Of a stretch of DNA of 53,007 nt, positions 28,224 to 38,938 are shown in pieces; positions within the stretch are counted from its first letter, which is position 1, and each line of letters starts with the position of its first letter. The translations under genes were made by a program, and so were the position numbers. The stretch is from Sandaracinaceae bacterium (GTDB taxonomy: Bacteria; Myxococcota_A; Polyangia; Polyangiales; Sandaracinaceae), in contig JBGAQA010000045.1 of assembly GCA_044220955.1 (NCBI GenBank), positions 1-53,007 on the forward strand. The letters are read 5' to 3'. The notes beneath the pieces are model-generated. The model worked only from the letters and a program-made list of their open reading frames with translations, was not told where the DNA came from and made no database searches.

Positions 28224-30581
28224 GTGCGGCGATATCGGTGGATGACACTCGTGCTGGCTCTCGCGTCGAGCATCGCGCTCGGCGGGCCGGCTCGCGCTCA
28301 GGACGCCGAGCGGCTCTGGACGCCGGTCGACGCGGGCGAGCCGATGTGCGTCGATGCGACCCCGAGACCGCCGATGCCCCATCGCGCGCCCGCGCGCGTC
28401 CCCGTCGAGCTCGCGTCCGAGGCCTCGCTCGAGCGCGGGGCCGAGGCGCTCGAGCGCTACCGCGCGCACCTCGCGGCGGGAGACCTCGCGTCGGCGGCCG
28501 TGTCGCTCGAGACGGCGCGCGAGACCGCGCCCACCCTCGCCGACCGCTTCGCGCTGATGCGCGCGGACCTGGAGATGCGGAGCGGACCCACGCGAGAGAC
28601 GTGCGCGCGCTACGAGGCGGCGATCCCGAGCCCGCTGCCTGCGGTGGGCGCGCGCGCGCGCGTCGGCCGCGTGCGCTGCCTGCTCGCGACCGACGACCGG
28701 CACGCCGAAGAGGAGCTCGGCTCGCTGCTCCGGCGCTACCGGGATCTGCCGGAGCGACGGCTGCTCGACCTCGACCACGCCGCGTACCTGGAGCGCCGGG
28801 GCGCATTCCGCGAGGCGCTCGCCATCTACGACCACCTCGACCGCGAGGCGCCCGGTGCGCCGGAGGCGGCGCTCGCGCGCGAGGCCATGGCCGACCTCGC
28901 CGAGAGCGGGCATCACCGGCCGGCGCTCACCCCCGCCGCCGAGATCGAGAGGCTCGAGACGCTGGCACGCTCGGGCCCGCCGGATCTGGCGCGCGCGGAG
29001 GCCGAGCGCCTGCACGCCTTGACGCTGGACCCGCACGCGTCGTCGCGCGTCACGCTCGTGCTCGCGCGGCTCGCGCGGGTCGAGGGGCGCTGGGGCGACG
29101 CCTCGACGCTGATGCAGCAGGCGCGCTCGCTCGACCCGACGGTCGGCGACGACCCGGAGGCGGTCGCGGCGCAGGCGAGCGACCTCGCCGAGGCGGCGCG
29201 CGGTCGGGTGGAGTCTGCTGCGCGCGAGGATCTGCGCAGGCTCGGCTGGAACGGGCGCACGCTGCGCCGCGCGACGACGGTGAGGCTCGTCTCGATGCTG
29301 CGCGTCGCGGCGCGCGCGGGCCTGGCAGACGAGTCCACGACGCTCGCGAGCGAGCTGGCCGGCCGCCAGAGCGCCCTCTGCCCGACTCGCTTCGAGGCGG
29401 CCATCGTGGGGAGCGGAACGGCCACGGACGAGTCCGTCGTCTCGCTGCTCGACCCCTGCATCGAGGGCGACACAGCGCGCGCGGTCGCCTCGCGCTACCA
29501 CCGGGCCCGCGCGCTCGAGCGCCTCGGCCGGGCGAGCGAGGCCGAGCGAGATCTCGCGCTCGTCGCGGAGCAGGACTCGACCGACACGCGCATCTATGCC
29601 GTGCTCGCGCAAGCGCGCCTGGAGGCCGTGCACCCCACTCCGCCTCCGTCGCCGCTCCCGGTGCCGGGGGGAGCGGGTGCGAAGGACGACGCGGCGGCCG
29701 ACGCCCCCCCCTTCGACGCGGCCGACGCGCTCGCTGGGCTCGCGGAGCGTCACCCGGAGCTGCCCTGGATCGCGCGCGCACACGACGAGCTCGTGCTCGG
29801 AGATCGCGGCGGCGCCGCCGACGAGCTCTTCGCGGCCTACTCCGCGTGGGCCGAGGCGCTCGGGCGCGCACCGCTGCGCGCGGGCGTCGAGGCCGTGTAC
29901 CGCAACGCATCCGCGCCGCGCCTGCCGGCGACGCCCGAGGAGCGGCGCGCGCGCCGGACGCTCGGCGACACGGACCGGCGGATGCTGGCCGACGTCGCGA
30001 GCGCGATCGGCGATGCGGGCCTGGCGATCCGCTTCGACCCGGCGCGCGCGACCCAGCACCCGCGCCCCTACGCGCAAGCCGTCGAGGCGGCCGCCGCACG
30101 CCACGGCCTCGATCCGAACCTCCTCTACGCCGTGATGCGCGTGGAGAGCGTCTACAACCCGCGCATCGTCTCGTACGCCGGCGCGATCGGCCTGCTCCAG
30201 ATCATGCCGCGCACGGGCCGGCTCATCGCGCACAACATGGGGAACGACCTGTTCACGGTCGACGACCTGCTCGATCCGGCGACCAACGTCGAGATGGCGG
30301 CGTGGTACCTGTCGTCGCTCATCGAGCGCTTCGAGGGCCGGCTCCCGCTCGCGATCGCCGCGTACAACGGCGGCCCGCACAACGTGCGGCGCTGGATCGC
30401 CGACCACGGCCGCGCGATGCCCGTCGACGCGCTCTGCGAGGAGATCCCTTTCGAGCAGACCCACCGCTACGTGCGGCGGGTGCTCTCGCACTACGCGGCG
30501 TATCGCGCCGAGGCGGGACTGCCACCCGCCACGCTCGATCTCGACACGCCCGCGCTCGCGCCCGACACGACCGCGTTCTGA
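28224..30581 (+). CDS. soluble lytic murein transglycosylase (helical repeats plus SLT domain)
   Basis: Signal peptide; VMRVES, GAIGLLQIMP, AYNGGP, IPFEQT..YV; GGAGG before GTG at 28224. Confidence 0.9.
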   Translation: MRRYRWMTLVLALASSIALGGPARAQDAERLWTPVDAGEPMCVDATPRPPMPHRAPARVPVELASEASLERGAEALERYRAHLAAGDLASAAVSLETARETAPTLADRFALMRADLEMRSGPTRETCARYEAAIPSPLPAVGARARVGRVRCLLATDDRHAEEELGSLLRRYRDLPERRLLDLDHAAYLERRGAFREALAIYDHLDREAPGAPEAALAREAMADLAESGHHRPALTPAAEIERLETLARSGPPDLARAEAERLHALTLDPHASSRVTLVLARLARVEGRWGDASTLMQQARSLDPTVGDDPEAVAAQASDLAEAARGRVESAAREDLRRLGWNGRTLRRATTVRLVSMLRVAARAGLADESTTLASELAGRQSALCPTRFEAAIVGSGTATDESVVSLLDPCIEGDTARAVASRYHRARALERLGRASEAERDLALVAEQDSTDTRIYAVLAQARLEAVHPTPPPSPLPVPGGAGAKDDAAADAPPFDAADALAGLAERHPELPWIARAHDELVLGDRGGAADELFAAYSAWAEALGRAPLRAGVEAVYRNASAPRLPATPEERRARRTLGDTDRRMLADVASAIGDAGLAIRFDPARATQHPRPYAQAVEAAAARHGLDPNLLYAVMRVESVYNPRIVSYAGAIGLLQIMPRTGRLIAHNMGNDLFTVDDLLDPATNVEMAAWYLSSLIERFEGRLPLAIAAYNGGPHNVRRWIADHGRAMPVDALCEEIPFEQTHRYVRRVLSHYAAYRAEAGLPPATLDLDTPALAPDTTAF

Positions 30582-30643
30582 TCAACCGGAGGCGTCCGCT
30601 CTGCGGACGCGACACAATTTCGTCGGCCCGGCTTCGCGGGGCG

Positions 30644-32605
30644 TCAGAACGAGAAGGCGATCCTCGACTGCAGCGTCCACATCAGGCTGTTCGAGAGGTG
30701 CGGCCCGAGCGCCGGACCAGCGTTCATCACGCCGAACTCGTTCGACCAGCGCATCTCGTCGTGCGGGCCCCAGCTGAGCTTGAGGGCGAAGTCGGCCTCC
30801 CAGCCCATGAGGCAGTCGTCCGACACGCCGCACGCGCGCCCGCCGCCCGTCGACGCGCTCGAGAGAACGGAGTTGAGCTGGTCGGCGAACGCCACGAGGA
30901 ACTGGCCGATCAGCTCGACGCCGCCGTCGTAGCCGAGCGGGCGCCAGCGCAGCTGCGGCAAGAAGTAGATCGAGTTCCACACGCCGCCCTGCGACCAGAG
31001 CGAGCTCGCGAAGAAGTACGAGTTCGCAGTGCGCGCCGCGAGGGCAGCCGGGTAGAGCAAGAGCCCCACCTGGTAGTCCGCCGAGTTCGGGCGCTGGGTG
31101 AGCTGGCGGATGCCCATGATGTTGCCGGCCTGCCCCGTCGAGAACCCCGCCTCGAGCGTGAGGGCCTCGTAGGAGCGAGAGGGCGTCGCCGGCGACTCGA
31201 TGCCGAGCCGCATCGCGCCGCCCCAGATGTTGGCCCCGAGCTGCGGGAAGCTGCGCCCCTCCGGCACGACCTGGCCGTGGATGCGGCAGGTCGTCTCCGG
31301 GAAGTCCGGGCGGCAGAACTCGCTCGCACCGACCAGAGCGATGGCGTTCGTGGTGCCCTGGATCGTGTACAGCTCGCCCTCGCTGTAGATGAGCGGCTCG
31401 CCCGGACCGAACGCCGAGTAGCGAAGCCGGTAGAAGAGGTCGCCGATCCAGACGTCGCTCGAGGTGTACTGCTGCCCTCGGTAGACGCCCACGAGGCCGA
31501 TGCTCAGCTCGTCGCGCGCGTTCACCGTCATGTTGAAGTCGGGATCGTTCCACGCGAGGAACGTGATCGCCTGGTACACGTCGTCGCTCCCGTTGCCGAG
31601 GAACGCGAACGGCGTGCGCGAGCGGAGCGCCGCCTGCTGCTGCGCGTAGTTCATCTCGGCCACGACGCCGGTGAAAGCGCCGTTGGGGTTCACCGAGCCC
31701 GCCCCGAGCGAGTCCTCGACCAGCCAGTCGTAGCCGAGCCCGAAGATGAGCGGCGTCGGACGCGAGTCGCCGCGCGTGAGCGCGTTGATGATGGTGAGCG
31801 GACGGGTGAGGTAGATGATCCGATCGAACGACGTGCCGCCGTTCGCGTCGCCGAAGTCGTTGCGGAACGACGTGTCGGGCGTGCCGCCGAAGGCCGTGAG
31901 ACCACCGTCGTTGAAGAGCAGGCCCATGCCACCGTGCGAGCCCTGGCGGCCGATCCGGATCTGACCGATCGGGATCGCGAACTCGAGCCAGAGGCGGCGC
32001 AGGTAGATCTGCGAGACGTCGTTGCCGAAGATGTTCGTGGAGCTCGGGTTCGTCGCGAAGAGCGGCGTCGAGGCCAGGCGCGCGTTGTCGCCGAACACGA
32101 CGTTGTCGAGCAGATCGAACTGCGAGCGGAGCGCGGCGATCGGGGCCGCCGGGTTCGAGCCGAACGTGATCGAGGGCTCGAGCCGCAGGCGCATGTACCC
32201 GAACGCCGGGTTGGCCTGCAGATCCGTCGTGAACCCCGCCGGGTTCTCCGTCGGGATCCCGTTCCACGATCCGAGGCGCGCGCGGTAGTAGCCGTGGATC
32301 TGGAAGTCGATCGGGATGGCGCCCGCCGTCGATGCGGTCGGGGCGGCGGGTGCGTCGTCGTCGACGGAGGCGTCCTCCTCCGGCGGTGGTGGTGGAGGCG
32401 GTGGAGGAGGAGGCGGTGGAGGAGGAGGTGGTGGTGGTGGCTCGTCCACCGACTCCGCCGAGGAGCCCGGTCCGCCCGCGTCCGACGCGCTCGCCGACGA
32501 TGCCGTCGAGCCCCCCTCGGCCGTCGTGCTGCCGTCCTGCGCGCTCGCCAGCGTCGCGCCGGTCAGCACGCCGGCGACGACGAGCGCTCCCCAGATCCCC
32601 TTCAT
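30644..32605 (-). CDS. outer-membrane beta-barrel protein with N-terminal polyproline linker
   Basis: Signal peptide, HGYYRAR, IGRQ.SH.GMGLLFNDG, amphipathic strands, C-terminal F; RBS GAGGAG. Confidence 0.8.
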   Translation of the reverse strand: MKGIWGALVVAGVLTGATLASAQDGSTTAEGGSTASSASASDAGGPGSSAESVDEPPPPPPPPPPPPPPPPPPPPEEDASVDDDAPAAPTASTAGAIPIDFQIHGYYRARLGSWNGIPTENPAGFTTDLQANPAFGYMRLRLEPSITFGSNPAAPIAALRSQFDLLDNVVFGDNARLASTPLFATNPSSTNIFGNDVSQIYLRRLWLEFAIPIGQIRIGRQGSHGGMGLLFNDGGLTAFGGTPDTSFRNDFGDANGGTSFDRIIYLTRPLTIINALTRGDSRPTPLIFGLGYDWLVEDSLGAGSVNPNGAFTGVVAEMNYAQQQAALRSRTPFAFLGNGSDDVYQAITFLAWNDPDFNMTVNARDELSIGLVGVYRGQQYTSSDVWIGDLFYRLRYSAFGPGEPLIYSEGELYTIQGTTNAIALVGASEFCRPDFPETTCRIHGQVVPEGRSFPQLGANIWGGAMRLGIESPATPSRSYEALTLEAGFSTGQAGNIMGIRQLTQRPNSADYQVGLLLYPAALAARTANSYFFASSLWSQGGVWNSIYFLPQLRWRPLGYDGGVELIGQFLVAFADQLNSVLSSASTGGGRACGVSDDCLMGWEADFALKLSWGPHDEMRWSNEFGVMNAGPALGPHLSNSLMWTLQSRIAFSF

Positions 32606-32636
32606 CGCTCCTCCTCGAACGCTCGAGACGCCGGGC

Positions 32637-33620
32637 TCAGTGGCAGGGATGGCCCGCGGGATAGTCGTTCCGCGTCGGGCCGATGTTGACGATGCTGACG
32701 CCGTCGGGGAACGCGTTGACCGCCTCGCAGCCGATGCGCGTCGGCGTGCCGGTGGTGCCGGTGCCGGTGTACGCCCACGCCTCGACGCGGATCAGCTCGG
32801 CCTCGGTCGTGGGGATGTTCACCGCGACGTAGAGACCATCGGTGTTCGTGAAGACGGCGCTCGCGTCGGGGTTCTCGGCACCGTCGAAGTACTGGAAGCG
32901 CTGGTCGGTGACCTCGGGACCCGCGATGATCTCGGTGCCGTCCTCGTGGAACGCGCGCACGATCGCGTTCGACACGTCGTTGTCGCCGCAGTCGCCGATG
33001 CGGCCGGCGATCGTCGTCGTGCCGGGCACCAGCTCGAGGAGCTGCGCCGCGAGGATGAGGTTCTCGGTGAGCAGCGTGACGGCGTTGCCGGTCACGGTGC
33101 CTCCCGAGGCCGCAGGCGCGGACTCGTTGACCTGGATCGAGTCGAGGAACGTCGTGCCCGGCGTCGCGCCGCGGTGGCCGAACACGCGGTACGCGTACCA
33201 GCCGTTGGCCTGGGCCATGACGCTCGCATGCCCCATGGCGTCCGTCGTCACGTCCTGACAGCCCGTACCACACGTCCCGGTCGCTCCCAGCGCCTCGGCG
33301 CTCAGGACGTTGTCGGGACAGAAGCAGACGTGCGTCATCGGAGCGCGATCGCCGTGCTGGCCGAACGCCTCGAGATCGAGCGTGATCGAGATGTCGGCGC
33401 CCGCGGTCGGCTGGGTGGCCGTCCCGACGCAGCTCACGCCGGCGGCCGTACCGCTCGCCTGGGCGGGCGGCAGCATCGGCAGTGCCGACCCGCCGGCGTC
33501 TGCGCCGGAATCGCTGCCGCTGTGGCCCGCATCCGTCCCGCCGGACGGGCTGTTGCACGCGACGAGCGCCGCCGCGATCGAGACCAGAAGAAACCCACGA
33601 GCTCCGTCACTGCGCCGCAT
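32637..33620 (-). CDS. Cys-containing lipoprotein, beta-sandwich (carboxypeptidase-regulatory-like) domains
   Basis: LVAC lipobox; 'TTDAMG' and 'TNTDGLY' motifs. Confidence 0.7.
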   Translation of the reverse strand: MRRSDGARGFLLVSIAAALVACNSPSGGTDAGHSGSDSGADAGGSALPMLPPAQASGTAAGVSCVGTATQPTAGADISITLDLEAFGQHGDRAPMTHVCFCPDNVLSAEALGATGTCGTGCQDVTTDAMGHASVMAQANGWYAYRVFGHRGATPGTTFLDSIQVNESAPAASGGTVTGNAVTLLTENLILAAQLLELVPGTTTIAGRIGDCGDNDVSNAIVRAFHEDGTEIIAGPEVTDQRFQYFDGAENPDASAVFTNTDGLYVAVNIPTTEAELIRVEAWAYTGTGTTGTPTRIGCEAVNAFPDGVSIVNIGPTRNDYPAGHPCH

Positions 33621-33707
33621 ATGCCAACCCCTTCTCAAGAACGTGTCCTCGGAACCCGAACGGACCCTCGGCCCCACGCCGGGTCCGAGCCTACAACAAA
33701 CCCGCTG

Positions 33708-35555
33708 CTACATGGGCCTCCACGCGAGCAGCTGCTCCATCTCGTTCCGGATCGTCGGCCACCCGTGGACGCCGACGCTGTTCGTCTCCTCGTAGTGATC
33801 GCCCGGCGCCTCCTCCAGGTAGGGCGAGCGCGCGTCGAGGACGTAGTCGAACTCCGGGACGAAGTAGCCGAGGAAGTCCTCGGTCAGGCCGAAGAGGAAC
33901 ACGTACTCCGCGTCGGGACGCGCCAGGTCGCGCAGGAACGGGGCGTGCGGCCGAGCATCGAGATCCGGCGGGTTCGGGTTGCCCGGGTCGATGATGGGGA
34001 CACCGGGTGGGGTGTACTCGTAGGGCATCTCGAGCCCGCCGACGAACAGGATCGGGTCGAGCTCGCCCGGCGCCGTGATGATCTCGGCGCGCCCGATGTC
34101 GATGACGGCGACCATCGAGTCGATCTGCGGCAGGTTCGTCTGCGAGATCTGCAGCCGTGGGTTCCAGTGGTAGCTCGGGCGGTCGAACACGTGGTTCAAG
34201 AGCCCGATGTGGTACTGGCGGTTCTCGATGTAGATGTAGAAGCGCCGCGTGCGGAACGCGAGATCCGCCGTCACGTCGCGGACCGGTGCGGCGCTCGCCG
34301 GGGCCATGCCGCGCATCGCGCGCAGCGCGTACCAGCCGATCTGCGAGCCGATCGCCGACACGAAGCCCTCGCGGTCGACGGCCTGATCGATCGTCGTGCC
34401 GTCCCAGGCGCACGTGGTGCTGGTCTGCGTGTCCGTGGGGTGGCAGCGGAGCCGGTCCGGCCCGATCTGCCCCCCGAGCGGACCCTGGAAGAAGACGGCG
34501 ATCCCCGGCCCCTCGAGCGGCGGCTCCATCGTCCCGTCCGGCCCGACCACCCCCTGCTCGATCGCCTGACGCAGGTAGTGGACGAAGTCGCTCGAGAGGC
34601 CCGTGTTGTCGTCGTCGAACGTCTCGGGATGCGACGCCAGGTTGATCAGCGTCGCGATCGTCTCGCCCTGCCCCGGCCCCGTGCCGTCGCCCGCGACGAC
34701 GAAGCGCATCATCTTCACCTCGTCGTCGTAGACGCGGGGATCACGGATGTCGCAGATGTAGGGCATCACTCCGCGCGGCGTGTCGCGGAGGCTGAAGCGC
34801 GAGTACTCCACGTTCGCCGGCCTCAGCGCGCGCACGGCCGCGAGCACGGCGTCGCGCGTCTGGGTGCGCAGGCGCTCCATGTAGGCCGGGTCCACGCCCG
34901 AGTCGAGCACCGACACGCCCCAGAGGCCGATCGTGTCGCGCGCCTCGTGGACGTGCGTCGAGCTGAACGAGACCCAGTCGATGCCCGCCCCGTCGGGATC
35001 CGCGGCGACCATCTCGCGGACCATGTCCATCTCGCTGCCGAACCAGCCGATGACGTCGACCGACACGAGCACGAACGTCGTCTCGTTCTGTCGAAGCGCG
35101 ATGGCGCGTGCCCACTGCGGGTCGTGGATGCTCTGCGCGCCGCGGGCGTTGCCGAAGCCGGCCATCCACACGCCCTCGAAGGTGCCGTTGCCGTTCCAGT
35201 CGTGGAACGTGTCGCCCTGCGCGGGATCGAACTCCCCGTTGCCGTTCACGTCGACGTCGAGCGTCTCGGTGCAGGTGGACGTGTCCGGCTCGGTACCGGT
35301 GCAGAAGCGGACGATCGGCGTGATCTCCACCGCCGCCGCGCCGACCTGCAGCACGTCGTCGCCCGTGTCGGGGCAGCTCGGGTCCCCGGGGCAGTGCTGA
35401 TCGGGCATGAAGGGCCCGTTCGCGTCGATGTTCGCGTCCGGGTTCGTGTCGGGCGGTCCCGCGTCCGCCTCGACCGCGGCGTCGGGCGCGTCGGGGTTCG
35501 CGCTGCACCCGAAGGCCACGAGGGCCGTGAGAGACACGAGGAAGAGTGTGCGCAT
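33708..35555 (-). CDS. neutral/alkaline ceramidase-like lipoprotein
   Basis: FGC lipobox; VGAAAVEITP, HDPQWARAI, SSTHVHE (HxH), HPE, PGE, HYEE. Confidence 0.75.
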   Translation of the reverse strand: MRTLFLVSLTALVAFGCSANPDAPDAAVEADAGPPDTNPDANIDANGPFMPDQHCPGDPSCPDTGDDVLQVGAAAVEITPIVRFCTGTEPDTSTCTETLDVDVNGNGEFDPAQGDTFHDWNGNGTFEGVWMAGFGNARGAQSIHDPQWARAIALRQNETTFVLVSVDVIGWFGSEMDMVREMVAADPDGAGIDWVSFSSTHVHEARDTIGLWGVSVLDSGVDPAYMERLRTQTRDAVLAAVRALRPANVEYSRFSLRDTPRGVMPYICDIRDPRVYDDEVKMMRFVVAGDGTGPGQGETIATLINLASHPETFDDDNTGLSSDFVHYLRQAIEQGVVGPDGTMEPPLEGPGIAVFFQGPLGGQIGPDRLRCHPTDTQTSTTCAWDGTTIDQAVDREGFVSAIGSQIGWYALRAMRGMAPASAAPVRDVTADLAFRTRRFYIYIENRQYHIGLLNHVFDRPSYHWNPRLQISQTNLPQIDSMVAVIDIGRAEIITAPGELDPILFVGGLEMPYEYTPPGVPIIDPGNPNPPDLDARPHAPFLRDLARPDAEYVFLFGLTEDFLGYFVPEFDYVLDARSPYLEEAPGDHYEETNSVGVHGWPTIRNEMEQLLAWRPM

Positions 35556-35587
35556 GGCGAGGCTCCCGCGGAACGGAGTCCGGGTGT

Positions 35588-38500
35588 CTAGAAGCTGCAG
35601 GTCCAGTCCTCGAGGCAGCGGTGCCCGACGGGGTCGGTGTGGTAGCGGAGGTCGGCGCCGTCCGTCGCGAAGTAGCGGCCGAGCAGGTGGGGGTAATAGA
35701 GCCCCTCGTCCCAGGTCTTGTTCGCGTCCGGCAGCTCGGTGCCGTGGTTGCCGTAGGGCAGCACGTACACGTTGAGCAGGCCCGAGATCGCGTCGTAGGT
35801 CCCGTTCGGGGGATCGAAGGGCGAGCCCGTGGCGGTGGCGAGGCGGCTGGCGCGCGTCCATCGCAGCGCCGGCATGGAGCGCGCCGGCTGGATCGTGCCG
35901 CCGGCGTCGCCGCCCGACGTGAAGAGCTGCAGCCCGTCCCCGAGGTCGTCGACGTCGGCGAGGAAGTTCGGCGCGTCCATCACGGGGTGACGCCCGAGGC
36001 GCGAGACACCCTCGAGGACGTGGAAGGCGTTGAGCAGCGCCTGCGGCGTCTCGTAGCCGCCGTACGTCGTGGCGAACGACGCGGGCGCACGGAAGTCGGC
36101 CAGCGCCGCCGGTCCGTCGGACGGGATGAACGGCAAGAGGCCCGCGGCGCGCGCCATGGCGTTGCCGGCGCTCAGCGGCACGTCCTGATCGCCGACCGAC
36201 ATCGCGACGATCATGCTGCGGGGACCAGCGTACGAGACGTCCTCCGCGTGGATGGGGTCGAGGTAGTAGCGCCCGACGTAGTTGATCGGATCGGCCGGCT
36301 CGAGCGCCGTCTGGGCGAGCGCCTGGAAGCGCCGGAACTCGGGCGACTGCCGCCGCAGCCCGAACCCCTCGGTCGGAGAGACGAGGAACGGGTAGTCCTC
36401 GGCCGCGAAGACCACGTCCTGGTACGAGGCGCAGCGCGGGCAGCGGCCCTCGCCCGTCCCCTGCTGCGACTCCCAGGTCGAGACGGTGCGGCTCGGAGCA
36501 GGGTGCGTGCCGTCGCGCATCGTGCACGTCGCGTAGTCCATCGTCGCGCCGGCGCCGCGGTAGACGTCGACCTGCAGGACGTCCATGGCGTCGGTCGGGA
36601 TGCCGACGCGGAACGCGCCGCCCGCGCCCACGCCGCCGCAGCGCGCCTGGTGATCCGAGAGGTTGCGGACGACGACGGCGTCGCCCTCGGCGAGCTCGGT
36701 CGCGTCGAGGCAGGCGAACTCGATCGTGCGCGCGCTGTTCACGTCGGTCGCGAGGATCGCGAGCGAGGTCTGACCCATCGCGCACGCGGAATTCTCGTTC
36801 GGGCCGCTCCCGTTCGGAAGGCCGAGCACGAAGGGCCCCATCGCCCGCAGGATGACCGCGTCGCGCACGCCGCCGAGGTCGGTACGCACGCTGACGTCGA
36901 TGAGGCCCCCCGCCCCGGACGTCGGCGCGATCGTTCGGATGGCGGGGTCGACGCCGCCGAGGAGCGGGGCGATGAACGCGCCGAGCGACTCGCCCCACGC
37001 GTGGTACGCGCCGTCCCACCCGCCGATGTCGGGCGTGCCGTCGCCGTCGAAGTCGCCCGCGAGGTCGGCGGCGGTGCCGTCGCCGTTCACGTCGCCGCTC
37101 CACACGATCGGATCGCCGCTCAGAGGCGTGAACGTGTACGGCAGCGTCTGGCGCGGCCCGCCGGGGGCCTGATCGCCGAAGTGCCGCAGGATGCGCAGCA
37201 TCTGGAGGTGATCGAGCACGCTCTGCCGCACGACGTCGCGCGTGTGGAAGATGTACGCGCTCCAGAAGTCGCCTCCCGGATCCGGCTGGTGCATCGGGTC
37301 GTGGTCGAGGTCGACGCAGCGATCGACGGCGAGCATGCGGCCCATCGGCCCGAGGCAGTTCGTCCCGAAGAGCACCTCCGCGACGTTGCGCAGGGAGGGG
37401 TTGAGCCCGAGGCCGTGGCCCACCGCGTCGAGGGCGACCGTCGCCACGCCGCTGCGCGCGACCTCGCCGGCGAAGCCGAGCGCCTCGATGTTCGCGCCCG
37501 TGTAGCCGTGCCCGTAGAACGTGACCGGGAAGGGCTGGTGGTGCGTCGCGTCCTCGCGCGGGACGACGATGAGGACCGGCACGAGGTCCCGATGCACGCT
37601 CGTCTGCGCGCTGAGCCCGTCGAGCTGCCAGTGATCGTCGGGCTGGGGATCGTCGGGATCCCCTGCGAGGAAGGGCGTCTCGAAGAAGCCGAGGACCACG
37701 TGATCGACGTTGTCGTAGGTCGCGAGCAGCGCGGTCACGCCGGCCTCGTCCACGCCGAGAGCGCCCGTGGCGAGCGTGCTCAGCGGCTCGCGCAGGGCCT
37801 CGAAGGGCACGCTCACGAGGTTCGGCGTGCCGGGATCGCAGTGGGTGCGAGCGCCCGGGCCGCGCGAGGGCACGACGAAGAGGTCGGGCGGGAACTGATC
37901 GGCGAGGAACGCGTAGCGGCCGCGGCCGTAGAGCCCGTCGCGCAGCTCGACGAGATCGTTCGTCACCGACTGCGTCGTGAACGACCACGCGAACGCGACG
38001 CCGTTCAGGCCGCGGGAGGCGAGGTCGCCGTAGAGCTCGGGGTGCGACGCGAAGAGCGCGGGCAGGCGCCGGACAGCGTCGATCTGCGAGACGTGGTGCA
38101 CCGCGGGGAACGGCGAGCGCACGGACTCACCGCCGACGCCCGTGAGCCGGTCCGTCAGGACGACGGCGTACTCGTGGCGCTCCCGCAGCGGGAGCATCGG
38201 CCTCAAGAGGAGCGTGTTGGTCTCGCGCTCCCAGAAGAAGACCATGTGGTCGTAGGTCTCTTCGGGCGTGGCGTAGCGCGCGCCGGTGAGCGTGTTGGGG
38301 TGATCGAGCACGCCGTCGAAGTCGGTGTCCTCGCCGGGGTCCATCACGCCGTCGCCGTCGCGGTCTTCCTCGACGCTCTCGAACATGATCTGCGCCTCGA
38401 GCGCGCGCGGATCGTTCGGGTAGTAACGGCTCGTGCGATCGGTGACGTAGTGGAACGAGCCGCCGTCGATGTCGATCGGCACCGGGATGCCCGTCTCGAG

Positions 38501-38938
38501 GTCGACGATGTAGACGGCGTGGCGCGCGAAGTCGGCCTCGCTGAAGCGGCCCCCGCCCTGGCGGTCGATCAGGTTCGTCAGGTCGAGCGGCGCGTCGAAC
38601 GCGACGCTCATCGGCGCGTACGTGCCCCAGCCGTCGAGGTCGCCGAACTCGGCGCGCACGCGGGACTCGAGGTCGGTGGGGGCGACGAAGCTCGCGTTGA
38701 TGCGGCGGCCGGTCGGCGAGGTCGGATCCGGCCAGGTCGCGACGTCGTTCGGCAGCGGGATCTCGGGCAGCGGGCGGGCGTTCAGATCCCAGCGCACGCG
38801 GGGGCCCATGCCCGAGGGCGCGGGGCCGAGCGTCGGCGGCAGGCCGCCGCCGTCGCACGCGAGGGCGAGCAGGCAGCAAGTGAGGCCGAGAGCCCAGCGA
38901 GCGAGGTTCGTGCGCATCGGTGACCTCGAGGCGAACAT
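35588..38938 (-). CDS. large lipase-like lipoprotein (extracellular lipase N-terminal region plus alpha/beta hydrolase)
   Basis: LAC lipobox; P.PND and LDGWG motifs, FYGHG, GHG, RDVVRQSVLD, nucleophile GESLG, DP.NY; start 38938 or 38917. Confidence 0.78.
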   Translation of the reverse strand: MFASRSPMRTNLARWALGLTCCLLALACDGGGLPPTLGPAPSGMGPRVRWDLNARPLPEIPLPNDVATWPDPTSPTGRRINASFVAPTDLESRVRAEFGDLDGWGTYAPMSVAFDAPLDLTNLIDRQGGGRFSEADFARHAVYIVDLETGIPVPIDIDGGSFHYVTDRTSRYYPNDPRALEAQIMFESVEEDRDGDGVMDPGEDTDFDGVLDHPNTLTGARYATPEETYDHMVFFWERETNTLLLRPMLPLRERHEYAVVLTDRLTGVGGESVRSPFPAVHHVSQIDAVRRLPALFASHPELYGDLASRGLNGVAFAWSFTTQSVTNDLVELRDGLYGRGRYAFLADQFPPDLFVVPSRGPGARTHCDPGTPNLVSVPFEALREPLSTLATGALGVDEAGVTALLATYDNVDHVVLGFFETPFLAGDPDDPQPDDHWQLDGLSAQTSVHRDLVPVLIVVPREDATHHQPFPVTFYGHGYTGANIEALGFAGEVARSGVATVALDAVGHGLGLNPSLRNVAEVLFGTNCLGPMGRMLAVDRCVDLDHDPMHQPDPGGDFWSAYIFHTRDVVRQSVLDHLQMLRILRHFGDQAPGGPRQTLPYTFTPLSGDPIVWSGDVNGDGTAADLAGDFDGDGTPDIGGWDGAYHAWGESLGAFIAPLLGGVDPAIRTIAPTSGAGGLIDVSVRTDLGGVRDAVILRAMGPFVLGLPNGSGPNENSACAMGQTSLAILATDVNSARTIEFACLDATELAEGDAVVVRNLSDHQARCGGVGAGGAFRVGIPTDAMDVLQVDVYRGAGATMDYATCTMRDGTHPAPSRTVSTWESQQGTGEGRCPRCASYQDVVFAAEDYPFLVSPTEGFGLRRQSPEFRRFQALAQTALEPADPINYVGRYYLDPIHAEDVSYAGPRSMIVAMSVGDQDVPLSAGNAMARAAGLLPFIPSDGPAALADFRAPASFATTYGGYETPQALLNAFHVLEGVSRLGRHPVMDAPNFLADVDDLGDGLQLFTSGGDAGGTIQPARSMPALRWTRASRLATATGSPFDPPNGTYDAISGLLNVYVLPYGNHGTELPDANKTWDEGLYYPHLLGRYFATDGADLRYHTDPVGHRCLEDWTCSF

